From: Candidatus Bathyarchaeia archaeon
Lineage (GTDB): Archaea; Thermoproteota; Bathyarchaeia; Bathyarchaeales; Bathycorpusculaceae
DNA length: 64,000 nt
NCBI GenBank assembly: GCA_038727135.1
Contig: JAVYWL010000004.1
Coordinates: 92,644-156,643, forward strand
Reading direction: 5' to 3'
The notes under the pieces were generated by a model. The model did no database searches. It was given only the letters and a program-made list of their open reading frames with translations, and was not told the DNA's origin. Below are positions 38,733 to 49,452 of the stretch, in pieces. Position numbers and translations under genes: made by a program. Position 1 is the first letter of the stretch. Each line of letters starts with the position of its first letter.

Positions 38733-39644
38733 ATGAATTTGAAGGGTGTTCACCTTCTCCTTACATATCGGTGCGATGTTGAATGTGACCACTGCTTTGT
38801 TTGGGGAAGCCCAAACGCTAAGGGAACATTCACCTTCAAACAGATTAGCAAAATATTGGAAGAGGCCAGAAAAATCAGCTCGGTGAGCTATATCTCAATA
38901 GAGGGGGGCGAACCGTTCCTATACTATCCAATAATGGTTAAAACTGTTAAAAGAGGTGTTGAGCTGGGCTTTCATGTTGAGGTCCTTTCTAACTGTTATT
39001 GGGCTACATGCGTTGAAGACGCTGTTGAGTGGCTTCTACCAATTGCAGAGTCAAAGGATGTAGAGTTAAGCCTGAGCAGCGACCCATACCATGGCGAGGG
39101 ATGGATAACAGGAGAAGTTAAGAATGCTGTTAATGCCGCAAAAGCCCTAAACATGAAGGTTGGAATAATGGTTATTAAATGCCCATATGCAGAGGCCCCA
39201 TGCCCCACGGAGGTTGATGGGGTAAAAGTTGGCTTGTACGAGCTTATGTATCGTGGTAGGGCATGTTCTAAATTGGCGGGTAAGGCTGATAAGCGTTGTT
39301 GGCGTGAATTTACAAAATGTCCCTATGAGGATTTTGTGAATCAGGAAAGGGTTCACATAGACCCCTTTGGATATGTGCATGTTTGTCAGGGAATATCCAT
39401 AGGGAATGCTTGGCAAAAACCGTTATCAAAGATAGTTGAGGAGTACGACCCTTACGCTAATCCTATACTTGAGCCGCTGATTCGTGGTGGTCCAGTGCGC
39501 TTGTTGAAAAGTACAACTTGCCCCATGACGAGTTTTATGCGGATGCGTGCCATTTATGCTACACTGCGCGGCAAATGTTACGGGGACACGCTTCCAGATG
39601 TGCTCGCTCCAGACCAGATGTACGGGGAAGGCTTAAATGGCTAA
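38733..39644 (+). CDS. Radical SAM protein (compensating frameshifts near the C-terminus)
   Basis: CDVECDHC, EGGEPFL, SN.YWA; DACHLC motif lies in another frame at 39498-39585. Confidence 0.85.
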   Translation: MNLKGVHLLLTYRCDVECDHCFVWGSPNAKGTFTFKQISKILEEARKISSVSYISIEGGEPFLYYPIMVKTVKRGVELGFHVEVLSNCYWATCVEDAVEWLLPIAESKDVELSLSSDPYHGEGWITGEVKNAVNAAKALNMKVGIMVIKCPYAEAPCPTEVDGVKVGLYELMYRGRACSKLAGKADKRCWREFTKCPYEDFVNQERVHIDPFGYVHVCQGISIGNAWQKPLSKIVEEYDPYANPILEPLIRGGPVRLLKSTTCPMTSFMRMRAIYATLRGKCYGDTLPDVLAPDQMYGEGLNG

Positions 39645-39675
39645 AGCCTAAAATGCCTAGCCTAGTGATGCCCAA

Positions 39676-40230
39676 ATGCTTAGGCGCGAGGAAGCCCTAA
39701 ACCTCGTTAAACAACACGTTTCCAAAAAGAATATTATTTATCACATGCTTGCTGTTGAAGCCATAATGCGAAGTTTGGCGAGACATTTTGGAGAAGACGA
39801 GGAAAAGTGGGGTTTGGTCGGCTTAATCCACGACATTGACTATGAAAAAACCGAAGCCACGCCAGAAAAGCACAGCCTAATTGCTGAGCAACTGCTTAAA
39901 GACTTTTTGCCCGAAGAACTTTTGAGGGCGATAAAAGCCCACAACTTTAGGTATACCGGCGTAAAACCTGAAAGCCGAATGGAGAAAGCCCTAATCGCCA
40001 GCGATGCCATTTCAGGCTTGCTGGTGGCTTGCGCCCTTGTAATGCCTTCCAAAAAGTTGGCAGAAGTGAAGGTGGAAACCGTCGCCAGAAAGTTTAAGGA
40101 TAAAGACTTTGCCCGGGGCGCTGAAAGGGAAAGAATCTTGCTCTGCGAGGAAATTGGGCTTCAGAGGGAGCAGTTCTTTGAAATAGCCTTAAACGGGTTA
40201 AAGGAAATAGCCAAAGAAATAGGTCTCTAA
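39676..40230 (+). CDS. HDIG/HD domain metal-dependent hydrolase
   Basis: HMLAVEAIM, GLIHDIDY, AH, ASDA, KDKDFARG. Confidence 0.9.
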   Translation: MLRREEALNLVKQHVSKKNIIYHMLAVEAIMRSLARHFGEDEEKWGLVGLIHDIDYEKTEATPEKHSLIAEQLLKDFLPEELLRAIKAHNFRYTGVKPESRMEKALIASDAISGLLVACALVMPSKKLAEVKVETVARKFKDKDFARGAERERILLCEEIGLQREQFFEIALNGLKEIAKEIGL

Positions 40231-40233
40231 AGC

Positions 40234-41859
40234 CTAAAATCCGGGTTTGGTTTTTCCAAGCTTCTTGTCCAGGCAAGCCTTAACAAAGCCATAATATTCT
40301 GGGTCTGGCTTTCCCGGGCGGCTTTTGAATTCTCCATGGAATTGAGAGGCAAAAAAGAAGAAGTGGTTTGGCAGTTCTAGGATTTCCATCCTTCTTCCGT
40401 CCGGGCTTTTTCCAGAAAAAACTAAGCCATGCTTTTCCAGCTTCTCCGCATAATCCATGTTAACTTCGAATCTATGGCGGTGGCGTTCATAAATCTCTAC
40501 GCTTTTGTAGAGCGCATGCGCTATGGTGTTTGGTTTTATGACTATTTTGTGGGCGCCTAGACGCATTGTTGCACCTTTGTACTCTATGCCTCTTTGTTCT
40601 GGCATTAGGTCTATCACTGGATGGGGCGTGTTAGGGTCTATTTCTGTGCTGTTTGCTTTTTCTAATCCGCAGACGTTTCTGGCGAACTCAACAACTGCTA
40701 ACTGGAAGCCGTAACATATGCCTAGAAATGGAATGTCATTTTCTCTTGCAAATTTTATTGCCATGATTTTTCCTTCAGTTCCCCTTGGACCAAAACCGTA
40801 AGGAACAAAGATTCCATCATAATCCTTTAACATTTGAACCTTGTTAGGATTTTTCTCGAAGGTTTCAGCCTCGATATAATGGATGTCCACTTTTGTTTTA
40901 CATGCTGCACCGCCATGACGCAGCGCCTCACTCATGCTTACATAGCTGTCAGCTAATCCGGCATATTTGCCAACCAAGGCTATTTTAACTTCATGTTCCG
41001 GGTTTAGCACAGCGTCAACAAATTCTTTCCAGTCTTCAAAGTTTGGTTTGCGTTCTGGGAGCCCAAGCCTCTTGCATATGAAGTTGCCCATTCCCTGCTC
41101 GTCGAGGATAAGCGGAACTTGATATATGGATTCAACGTTGTATGAGCAGAAAACGGCGTTTTCTGGAATTGTGCCGAACAAGGCTATTTTTCTTAAAGCT
41201 TCTGAATCTATCATTTTGGAGCATCTTGCAACTATTATGTCGGGTTGTATGCCGATGCGCCGCAGCTCGTTGACGCTGTGCTGTAATGGTTTCGTCTTCA
41301 TTTCCTTAGTAACGTCTAATATTGGGACTAGGGCGACATGCACATACAAAGTGTTTTCATAGCCCTCTTCAAGGCGCATCTGCCTTATAGCCTCAAGGAA
41401 GGGTAAGCCTTCAATGTCGCCAACTGTTCCGCCAACCTCTGTCAAAGCCACGTCAACCTTAGCATTCAAAGCCACACTTCTTATGCGGCTTTTTATCTCA
41501 TTAGTCACGTGGGGCACTATTTGGACGCATCTTCCAAGGAAGTCGCCCCGCCGCTCCTTTTCAATAACAGCCTTGTAAACAATGCCAGTAGTGATATTAT
41601 TCTCCCTTTTTAGGTCTAAGTCTAGGAAACGTTCATACCAGCCCAAGTCTAGGTCTGTTTCCCCACCGTCGTCCGTCACGTAGACCTCGCCGTGCATGTA
41701 AGGATTCATGGTTCCAGCATCAACATTCACGTAAGGGTCAATTTTTATGGCTGTGACCTTAAACCCTCTGGCTTGAAGCATTTTTCCAATGGAGGATGTT
41801 ACAATGCCCTTACCAACAGAGCTTAAGACGCCGCCTGTCACAAAAATGTATTTAACCAT
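40234..41859 (-). CDS. pyrG: CTP synthase
   Basis: [46 protein letters not shown]. Confidence 0.98.
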   Translation of the reverse strand: MVKYIFVTGGVLSSVGKGIVTSSIGKMLQARGFKVTAIKIDPYVNVDAGTMNPYMHGEVYVTDDGGETDLDLGWYERFLDLDLKRENNITTGIVYKAVIEKERRGDFLGRCVQIVPHVTNEIKSRIRSVALNAKVDVALTEVGGTVGDIEGLPFLEAIRQMRLEEGYENTLYVHVALVPILDVTKEMKTKPLQHSVNELRRIGIQPDIIVARCSKMIDSEALRKIALFGTIPENAVFCSYNVESIYQVPLILDEQGMGNFICKRLGLPERKPNFEDWKEFVDAVLNPEHEVKIALVGKYAGLADSYVSMSEALRHGGAACKTKVDIHYIEAETFEKNPNKVQMLKDYDGIFVPYGFGPRGTEGKIMAIKFARENDIPFLGICYGFQLAVVEFARNVCGLEKANSTEIDPNTPHPVIDLMPEQRGIEYKGATMRLGAHKIVIKPNTIAHALYKSVEIYERHRHRFEVNMDYAEKLEKHGLVFSGKSPDGRRMEILELPNHFFFFASQFHGEFKSRPGKPDPEYYGFVKACLDKKLGKTKPGF

Positions 41860-41980
41860 GCACTTTGCCCCTTGCAATAACAAAACCATAAGCCTCGCAT
41901 CTGCTTTTAAATTTATTCTCGCATGTTCCGCCTAACCTTTTATTTCGTAAAAGTCATTAGTTAAGTGGAGAAAACGGGCG

Positions 41981-42610
41981 ATGGTGGCTAAAAAGCGCCC
42001 CAGCGTTGTCTATTGGCTTGGAGAGAACCTATACCTAAACATAACGAACAAGTGCTCCAACAAATGTTACTTCTGCTTGAGAAATTTCCGCAACGGCGTG
42101 GGAGGCTTCAACCTAAAACTTGAAAAAGAGCCAGCTGTCAGCGAAATAATCGCAGAGCTTGAAAATGTTATAAATTGGCGGAATTGGCGTGAAATTGTTT
42201 TCTGCGGTTTCGGGGAGCCCCTAATGAGGCTTGACTGCGTTTTGGAAGTTAGCCGATGGATAAGGAGGCATTATGGAAAAATTGTGACATTAAGGGTTGA
42301 CACGAACGGTCAAGCCCTTCTGCTTAATGAGGGGCGAGAGGTTGTTGAAGAGCTGAAGATGGCTGGCGTTGACAAGATAAGCGTTAGCCTAAACGCCCAC
42401 GACAAGGAAACCTACAACCAAGTCTGCAAACCAACATTTGAAAATGCATTTGAAAGCGTCATAGAATTTGTTAAGAAGGCAAGAGAGCTTCTAGATGTGG
42501 AAATAACAGCCGTTAGGATACCGGAAGTTGATATCCAAAAAGTGGAGGAAATCGCGAGGCAGATGGGTGTAAAATTTAGGGTTAGGGAATACATCCAACC
42601 TTTCTGGTAG
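41981..42610 (+). CDS. TatD-associated-type radical SAM protein
   Basis: LYLNITNKCSNKCYFC.R, EIVFCGFGEP, DTNG, SLNA. Confidence 0.88.
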   Translation: MVAKKRPSVVYWLGENLYLNITNKCSNKCYFCLRNFRNGVGGFNLKLEKEPAVSEIIAELENVINWRNWREIVFCGFGEPLMRLDCVLEVSRWIRRHYGKIVTLRVDTNGQALLLNEGREVVEELKMAGVDKISVSLNAHDKETYNQVCKPTFENAFESVIEFVKKARELLDVEITAVRIPEVDIQKVEEIARQMGVKFRVREYIQPFW

Positions 42611-42612
42611 CT

Positions 42613-43023
42613 TCACCCTTCAGCTTGTCTTATAATGGTTTTTATCTGTTCCGTCTTAAGTGGCAGACTGTGAAGGATTTTACCGCTAAGCCTCAAGTCT
42701 TTTATGAAAGTCTCTCTAACGGGTAATGGTCTTTCAAATTTTACAATGTATTTGAATTCGAGGGCTTTACGCCACCCGTATGTTTCACATTCCCTCCGCT
42801 CTTCTTCTGAAAGCTCCTCTTTCTCGTAAACGTTTTCAATTACGCCATAGCCAATAAAGGAGTCACCGAACTCCGTTCTCCCAATAAACAGTATTGTCTG
42901 TCCAGCCTTCCATTTTCTCCGCGCTCCAGTGTAGTACATGGCTGAGTCAAAAACCCTTTCAATCCACTCTTTTTTAGCTATCCTTAAAATGTAACCTTCA
43001 GCCTCAACCATGCCCAAGGTCAC
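42613..43023 (-). CDS. EVE/PUA-like domain protein
   Basis: W..GQTILF...FIGYGVI...F..P.P pattern. Confidence 0.55.
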   Translation of the reverse strand: MTLGMVEAEGYILRIAKKEWIERVFDSAMYYTGARRKWKAGQTILFIGRTEFGDSFIGYGVIENVYEKEELSEEERRECETYGWRKALEFKYIVKFERPLPVRETFIKDLRLSGKILHSLPLKTEQIKTIIRQAEG

Positions 43024-43036
43024 TGTTTGCAGTGCT

Positions 43037-44074
43037 TTATGGCTGTATGGCTATTTTTATTTCGTTTTTCGAAGTGGCCAGTATTTGGAAGGCTTCCACT
43101 ATCTTTTCTAGGGGCATTCTCCGCGTTATGAGGGGTGCCACATTGATGGATTTTGAGGCTATAAGGTTTAAGGCTTTCCTAAAGTGCATAGGCGTCGCAT
43201 GAAAAGCGCCCAGAACCGTGACTTCCCCATAATGAAGCTTTTCAGCGTTAAACCGCACTTCTGTTCCGGGTGGACATCCGCCAAATTCTAGGACTGTTCC
43301 GCCCTTCCTTACAAGCCTCAGGGCTTGCTCCCATGTGGCTGGTTGTCCGATAGCCTCAATAACGGCGTCTGCTCCATAGCCGCCTGTTGCCTTGCGAACA
43401 GCCTCTTCAACATTTTCCTTTCCAGCGTTTATGATTTCGTCTGCTCCAAGCTTTTTGGCGAATTCTAGCCTCTCATCAACAAGGTCTATCATTATGACTT
43501 TTTCAGCTCCCATCTTCTTAACGGTTAGAAGGTGCAGCAGTCCAATGGGTCCAGCGCCGATGATTGCCACAGAGTCGCCGAGCTTAACTCTGGCTTCTTC
43601 CACCCCATGAAGCACGCATGCTAGCGGCTCTGTTATAGCAGCCTCTTCATAAGAAATGTGCGGTGGGATTTCTTGCATGTTAACGCGAACCATGTGAGCT
43701 GGAACCTTAATGTATTCAGCGTAGGCTCCCCAAAGCCAAATCATGTTCTCACAAAGATTGAACTTGCCTTTACCGCACATGAAACAGCGAAGGCACGGGG
43801 CACTATTGCCAGCGCGAACCCTCATGCCCTTCCTAGGCCATTCCAACCCTTCGCCAACTTCAACGACTTCGCCAGCCCATTCATGCCCAAAAACTGTTGG
43901 AAGCTTTATCACCTTTTCAACGTAGCCCCGCTGGAAAATTTTTAGATCTGTGCCGCATGTTGTCGCCGCCCTAACCCGCACAAGGACTTCGCCAATGCCT
44001 ACCTTTGGAGTTTCCACATCCTCGACTCTTAGGTCTTTAACGCCGTAAAGCATGGCTGCCTTCATAATCTTCAC
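43037..44074 (-). CDS. Zn-dependent MDR alcohol dehydrogenase (sorbitol/threonine DH-like)
   Basis: CGTD, GHE, C..C..C...C, EPLAC, GAGPIG. Confidence 0.93.
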   Translation of the reverse strand: MKIMKAAMLYGVKDLRVEDVETPKVGIGEVLVRVRAATTCGTDLKIFQRGYVEKVIKLPTVFGHEWAGEVVEVGEGLEWPRKGMRVRAGNSAPCLRCFMCGKGKFNLCENMIWLWGAYAEYIKVPAHMVRVNMQEIPPHISYEEAAITEPLACVLHGVEEARVKLGDSVAIIGAGPIGLLHLLTVKKMGAEKVIMIDLVDERLEFAKKLGADEIINAGKENVEEAVRKATGGYGADAVIEAIGQPATWEQALRLVRKGGTVLEFGGCPPGTEVRFNAEKLHYGEVTVLGAFHATPMHFRKALNLIASKSINVAPLITRRMPLEKIVEAFQILATSKNEIKIAIQP

Positions 44075-45096
44075 TTGCCCAGCACGATGACCTTTAGGCT
44101 CTCTTTATCCTCCAAAGCTGTTTTAAAGGCTTTGGCAGTTTCCTCAAGCGGGAAGCGATGAGTTATCAAATCCCTAACACGTATCTTTCCAGACTTAATC
44201 AGCTCTAGGGCTTCCCTAGTTTCCACATGGGAAGTCGAATAGGAGGGAATTATCCGCAATTCGTTGAAGAAAAGCTGTTTTGGACTTACCTCCAAAATTT
44301 TCCCAGGGTCTGTTGGGGCAAAAACGCAGAGTTTTCCGCCCTTTCTACATACGCTAAGACCAGCCTTGTAGGCTTCTAAACTTGGGGCTGTGACAATTGC
44401 TAGGTCAACGCCCTTGCCATCGGTTTCTTTTCTCATAACCGTAGCTAAGTCCTCATTTGATGGATTAACAACAACGTCAGCCCCAAACCTTTCGGCAATT
44501 TTCAAGCGGAAGTCAACCAAGTCGCTTACAATGACTTTTCCAGCACCATAAATCTTGGCTAAAGCTGTGTGGATTATGCCTGTGGTCCCCGCACCTATCA
44601 CAGCGATGGTGTCGTCCTTCTGAATTCCACATTTTTTAATGGCTCTTACGCAACAGCCCACAGGTTCAATAAGGGTGGCTTCTTCAAAGGACAGGCTTTC
44701 GGGGATTTTAAGCGTATCCAATTGGAGGTTTGGGGCTGGAACTTTGAAGTATTCGGCGAAGCCTCCGGGAACAATGTTTGTTTTGTGAAACTGCTCGCAT
44801 AGGGTATAGTCTCCATGCTGGCAGTAGTGGCATTTTAAACATGCAACGTGATGGTGAACAAAAACTCTGTCGCCTACATCAAAATTTTTAACATTTTTGC
44901 CCTTCTCAACAATAACGCCAGACGGTTCGTGTCCAAGAACCAATGGGGCGCGATTTTTCAGATACCAATCCATCAAATCTGAACCGCAGATTCCACAAGC
45001 CCTCATTTCAACCAGAGCTTCATCATCGCCGATTTGGGGAATGGGTATTTCCTCGATTCTAATGTCTGATTGGCTATAATAAACGGCGGCTTTCAT
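44071..45096 (-). CDS. Zn-dependent MDR alcohol dehydrogenase, tandem paralogue
   Basis: CGSD, GHE, CLKCHYC...C, EPVGC, GAGTTG. Confidence 0.93.
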   Translation of the reverse strand: MKAAVYYSQSDIRIEEIPIPQIGDDEALVEMRACGICGSDLMDWYLKNRAPLVLGHEPSGVIVEKGKNVKNFDVGDRVFVHHHVACLKCHYCQHGDYTLCEQFHKTNIVPGGFAEYFKVPAPNLQLDTLKIPESLSFEEATLIEPVGCCVRAIKKCGIQKDDTIAVIGAGTTGIIHTALAKIYGAGKVIVSDLVDFRLKIAERFGADVVVNPSNEDLATVMRKETDGKGVDLAIVTAPSLEAYKAGLSVCRKGGKLCVFAPTDPGKILEVSPKQLFFNELRIIPSYSTSHVETREALELIKSGKIRVRDLITHRFPLEETAKAFKTALEDKESLKVIVLGK

Positions 45097-45223
45097 TTTG
45101 GCTCAATGGTTTTCACGGCTTCCAGAACACTTAAGACTTTTGCAAATCATTAGTAAGGCATATTGCTTTTATACCAGTATTGAGAGTAGAATAGCCTTAA
45201 AGCGGATAAGTGGTGTATGAGAA

Positions 45224-45592
45224 ATGAAAATTGAAAAGGCAGAGCTTGTGGCATACATCCTCATAGCTGTAGGCTTGCTTTTACTTATCATAACCTTCAT
45301 AATGGCTTATCTGAAACTTGAATCCGTTGTAAGCATAATAACATCTGGAAACATTTCAGAAGCCCTTGGACAGATTTTCGGACCAATAGTTGAGGCAGTG
45401 ATCAAAATCATGTTTCTAGGCATAATGGGCTGGGTGGGCTCGATAGCAACAATGAGGGGCGTACAACTCTATAAAGAGGCAAAAACGAAGATTGTTTCTC
45501 CAGCTCCTCCAAAACCTCAGCTACCACCCCAACAACCAGCACCGCCACCCGCCCCTCAGCCAACCCAACAAGCTCAACCGGCTAAAGCCTAA
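45224..45592 (+). CDS. Two-TM membrane protein with Pro/Gln-rich tail
   Basis: Two hydrophobic helices; PAPPKPQLPPQQPAPPPAPQP tail. Confidence 0.8.
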   Translation: MKIEKAELVAYILIAVGLLLLIITFIMAYLKLESVVSIITSGNISEALGQIFGPIVEAVIKIMFLGIMGWVGSIATMRGVQLYKEAKTKIVSPAPPKPQLPPQQPAPPPAPQPTQQAQPAKA

Positions 45593-45622
45593 GAAAGTCT
45601 AAGTAAGCAGAGGAGTCCAAGA

Positions 45623-46378
45623 TTGCGGCATACGGTTAAAGCCCTAAGATTAATAATTGTAGTTCTGTGGATAGCCGTTTTACTTCTGCCAGTCACCGTG
45701 GCTCTTTCATTATGGAAAATTTTTGAAGTAAGGGATAACGTGCGCATAGGAGAGCCTAGCCTCTCCATGTCAAATGGAAACTTTTCCATTTCATTGCCCT
45801 TCCACATGAATAATGTGGGCTTTTATGATATTTCAGAATTATGTGTAAACATACGCATATACGATGGGAGCAAGGAAATTTTAGAATTTTCAACATCACC
45901 GCTGAATATTCCAGCTGGAAGAATGCTGGAGTCTAATTTGAGCGCTTCCGCCAACTTAACGGACATGCTTTCAAGGGATAGGGAACTCCTAACAAATAGT
46001 AAAGACTTGGATGTTGCCATTGCCTTACACTTCCGAGTGGCTTACGTACTAGCCTTCAACGTAGCCAGAAACTTTACTTACAAATGGGGTGCACCCTTCA
46101 GCAACTTAAACATATCCAATTTTAGTTTTGACGGAACGCGTGCATCTTTTCAGTTAAGCTTCTCTAACAATGCCTCCTTTCCGTTAAGTGGACCACTACG
46201 ATTAGAGCTTTATAATCTTTCAAATAATCTGCTCAACTGGACAGTGCAGGATCTCATCGTACCCTCTAATGGACTTTATGAAAAACTGTTTGAGATACAG
46301 TCCTCAGAATTACCCAGCACAATTCGCCTATACTTTGCGGATGTGCTAATCTGTGAAATGCCTTGGGGGTCTTCATGA
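45623..46378 (+). CDS. Membrane-anchored extracellular beta-rich protein
   Basis: N-terminal TM; many N-x-S/T sequons; two Ig/LEA-like segments. Confidence 0.7.
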   Translation: MRHTVKALRLIIVVLWIAVLLLPVTVALSLWKIFEVRDNVRIGEPSLSMSNGNFSISLPFHMNNVGFYDISELCVNIRIYDGSKEILEFSTSPLNIPAGRMLESNLSASANLTDMLSRDRELLTNSKDLDVAIALHFRVAYVLAFNVARNFTYKWGAPFSNLNISNFSFDGTRASFQLSFSNNASFPLSGPLRLELYNLSNNLLNWTVQDLIVPSNGLYEKLFEIQSSELPSTIRLYFADVLICEMPWGSS

Positions 46379-46818
46379 ACGAAGTTGAAGCCGAAGCCAA
46401 ACCTGCCCGTCGGAAAACCCTTGTCAAAATTGTTAAAGCAGCGGTTATAACAGCCATTTACGGGGTAATCTGGCTTATTATTTGGCTTTTACTTTCACAT
46501 TTCTTGGGATTGGTTTTCCAGCAGTTTTCAACATTGTATTGGATTTTGGCTTATGTTTCACTTTTCTTCTCCTTCGCTATACGAGTAAGCGAAGGCACCA
46601 TTTGCAAATACATTCTTATTATCTTAAGGTCCTTCTTCATAATAGTCTATATTGCATATTCAACAAACTTTGGCGTCTTTAGCGTAAATCTTGAAGGCTT
46701 CACTTTCACCATAGAGTTTATTCTTTTGCTGGCAATAATGGTTGCAATAAACCTTTTATCGATTGCTAGTGGAGTTATCCAAGCCATAGAATTTGTAGCC
46801 CAAACCCCAGAAGATTAG
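46363..46818 (+). CDS. Four-TM membrane protein
   Basis: Four hydrophobic segments; overlaps the upstream stop. Confidence 0.75.
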   Translation: MGVFMNEVEAEAKPARRKTLVKIVKAAVITAIYGVIWLIIWLLLSHFLGLVFQQFSTLYWILAYVSLFFSFAIRVSEGTICKYILIILRSFFIIVYIAYSTNFGVFSVNLEGFTFTIEFILLLAIMVAINLLSIASGVIQAIEFVAQTPED

Positions 46819-46885
46819 CGACTACGGACTCACATAATCTTATTTACTCACAATTGCTATTTTATCAGTTCTGTGCCTGTCAGCT

Positions 46886-48184
46886 ATGGCAGAAAACATT
46901 GAATTCGCTGTGACGGCACAAGATTTTAGCCCATTAAAATATGATGTGAAGGAGGTCTTCGTAGGCGAGCTTAAACATGTGATTAGAATCACAAACCCAA
47001 CGAATAGGAGGGCGGCTGGTGTAAATCTTTACGTTCCCGTTGTTAGGAATGAAACTGCACGCCACTATGCAATCTTATACAACGTTAAGCCGACAAGTGG
47101 ATACAATCTCTTGGCGGATGATTCTGGAAACATTTACATATGCTGGAAGAACTTTGTGATTCAACCAAGTCAAACTTTCACGGTGGAGCTTGATTATCGC
47201 GTTCTTTCTTTCAGCTTAACTTATACTGTTAACTCGAGTATGATAGGAAGCTATAACGAAAGTTCGGAGCTTTATATAAAATATACGCAACCAGAAGAAC
47301 TCATAGAATCGGACCGTGAGAAAATTGTTGGCAAGGCGCAGGAGATAACACAAGGTATAGAAGACCCTTTTGTGAAGGCTCGTTTAATCTATAATTTTGT
47401 GGTTGGTTATCTGCGGTATGAAATACAGAACGAAGAAAGAGGCGCCCTATGGGCTTTAGAAAATGGTATAGGAGACTGCTCTGAATACTCCTACCTGTTT
47501 GTCGCCTTATGTAGGGCCGCTGGAATTCCGGCAAGAATTCAGGCTGGTTTTGCCTTCCATTATGCTGGACAAGTTTTGGAAGATGGGCACATGTGGGCTG
47601 AATACTATCTTGAAAATTATGGTTGGATGCCCGTGGACGCCACATGGCAGCTCTTCAACACCATAGACAGCAAGCACTTTAGCTCTATTAGAAGCATACC
47701 AGAAGCCATACCATACGCTAATTACTTTATCAACGGCACAGACGCTTCGAGGCTTATTGATGGGCAAACGGTTCAATTAGTGGCTCTCCAGCTAAGCGCA
47801 TTCAGCGATTACACTTTTGCTCAGAACGTTGCAACAGCCGTTCAAAGGATTAAAGAGGCGGAAACAGCCATCTCCATTGGGAGGTTTTCCGGAGTATCCA
47901 TCATTTTCTCTTCTGAAATGCGAGAGGTTGAGCAAAGGCTTCTAAACGCGAAAATCCTTGTTCAAAACGCCATAGATGCATGGGAGACATCCACCCAAAT
48001 CGCAAACTCAAGCGCCTTCCTAGCGCTTGAAAGTGCTGGAAAAGCCCTGCAAGACGCTTGGATGCTCGTCTTCAAAACCTTCGCCTTATACATGGGTATC
48101 CTTATCTTGTTAATGCTTATTTTACTAGCATCTGTTAGACGCCCCAAAAAGGGCTTATCTGAAGGGCTGACGCAAGCCATATAG
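46886..48184 (+). CDS. Transglutaminase-like domain protein with C-terminal TM
   Basis: GDCSEYS.LFVALCRAAGIPAR, HMWAEYY, GW.PVDAT (Cys-His-Asp triad); true N-terminus probably upstream. Confidence 0.9.
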   Translation: MAENIEFAVTAQDFSPLKYDVKEVFVGELKHVIRITNPTNRRAAGVNLYVPVVRNETARHYAILYNVKPTSGYNLLADDSGNIYICWKNFVIQPSQTFTVELDYRVLSFSLTYTVNSSMIGSYNESSELYIKYTQPEELIESDREKIVGKAQEITQGIEDPFVKARLIYNFVVGYLRYEIQNEERGALWALENGIGDCSEYSYLFVALCRAAGIPARIQAGFAFHYAGQVLEDGHMWAEYYLENYGWMPVDATWQLFNTIDSKHFSSIRSIPEAIPYANYFINGTDASRLIDGQTVQLVALQLSAFSDYTFAQNVATAVQRIKEAETAISIGRFSGVSIIFSSEMREVEQRLLNAKILVQNAIDAWETSTQIANSSAFLALESAGKALQDAWMLVFKTFALYMGILILLMLILLASVRRPKKGLSEGLTQAI

Positions 48185-48221
48185 CCACAACAGCCAGTAA
48201 ACATTATGTAAGTGGGCTTGG

Positions 48222-49445
48222 ATGCAGAAGTCTTATTCAAGGTTGTTGGGGATTGTTGGAAAACCTAACACTGGAAAATCAACATTCTTCAGCGCCGCAA
48301 CCCTCGCACCGGCTGAAATTGCAAACTACCCCTTCACAACAATAAAGCCCAACAGGGGAGTGGGCTACGTGAGAACACCATGCGTCTGCAAAGAGTTTGG
48401 GGTTAAAGACACGCCTGTAAACTCCTTATGCCTTGATGGTATCCGCCTAATTCCAGTCGAATTCATTGACTGTGCTGGGCTCGTCCCGGGCGCATGGCAA
48501 GGGAGAGGCTTGGGAAACCAGTTCCTGGATGAGATAAGGAAGGCTGACGTGCTAATCCACATCGTGGACGCTTCTGGCGGAACAGACTCTGAGGGAAGAA
48601 TATGCAAACCCGGCGAACACGACCCCGTTGAGGATATCAAGTTTCTCGAGCATGAAATAACCATGTGGATGGCCAACATCTTAAAAAGGGATTGGCCAAA
48701 AATTGCCAGAACAGCCGAATCCGGTTCAACAGACCTAATCTCAATTTTGGAGGAGAGGCTTAGTGGCTTAGCTATTAGAAGAGCCCACATTTTCGAAGCC
48801 ATTAGAAGGACCGGTTTAAACGCCGATAAGCCAACAAGCTGGAGCGAGGAGGACTATCTAAGGTTTATAGCCACTTTGAGGCAAATTGCAAAGCCGATGT
48901 TGATAGCGGCAAACAAGATAGACGTGCCCACAGCCGAAGAAAACCTTGAAAGACTCAAAAAACTGAACTATATAGTTGTTCCATGCTGCGCCGAAGCCGA
49001 ACTAGCATTGCGGAGGGCCGCTGAGAAAAAACTCATAGATTATAGGCCAGGCGACTGCAGCTTTAAAATCAACAATCCAGAAAAGCTTACTGAAAGTCAG
49101 CTTAAAGCTCTAGAAACAATTAGGGAGAAGGTTTTGCTGAAATTCGGCTCAACAGGCGTTCAAGAAGCCATAAACATGGCATACTTCAAACTTCTAAACA
49201 TGATTACAGTTTATCCGGTGGAGGATTTGGAGCATTTGTCTGACCATCATGGTAGGGTTTTACCAGATGCCTACCTGGTGCCTTATGGAACGACAGCCCG
49301 TGAACTCGCCTACCTAATCCACACAGAACTCGGCGAAAGCTTCATCTACGCCGTAGAGGCTAGGGAAAGAAAACGTGTCGGAGAAGACTACATATTGAAG
49401 GATAGGGATGTCATCTCAATAGTAAGCGCCAAAAAAAGAGCATAA
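48222..49445 (+). CDS. ychF: Obg-family YchF ATPase/GTPase
   Basis: GKPNTGKST, NYPFTTI.PN, DCAG, NKID, C-terminal TGS domain. Confidence 0.93.
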   Translation: MQKSYSRLLGIVGKPNTGKSTFFSAATLAPAEIANYPFTTIKPNRGVGYVRTPCVCKEFGVKDTPVNSLCLDGIRLIPVEFIDCAGLVPGAWQGRGLGNQFLDEIRKADVLIHIVDASGGTDSEGRICKPGEHDPVEDIKFLEHEITMWMANILKRDWPKIARTAESGSTDLISILEERLSGLAIRRAHIFEAIRRTGLNADKPTSWSEEDYLRFIATLRQIAKPMLIAANKIDVPTAEENLERLKKLNYIVVPCCAEAELALRRAAEKKLIDYRPGDCSFKINNPEKLTESQLKALETIREKVLLKFGSTGVQEAINMAYFKLLNMITVYPVEDLEHLSDHHGRVLPDAYLVPYGTTARELAYLIHTELGESFIYAVEARERKRVGEDYILKDRDVISIVSAKKRA

Positions 49446-49452
49446 TCGCAAG

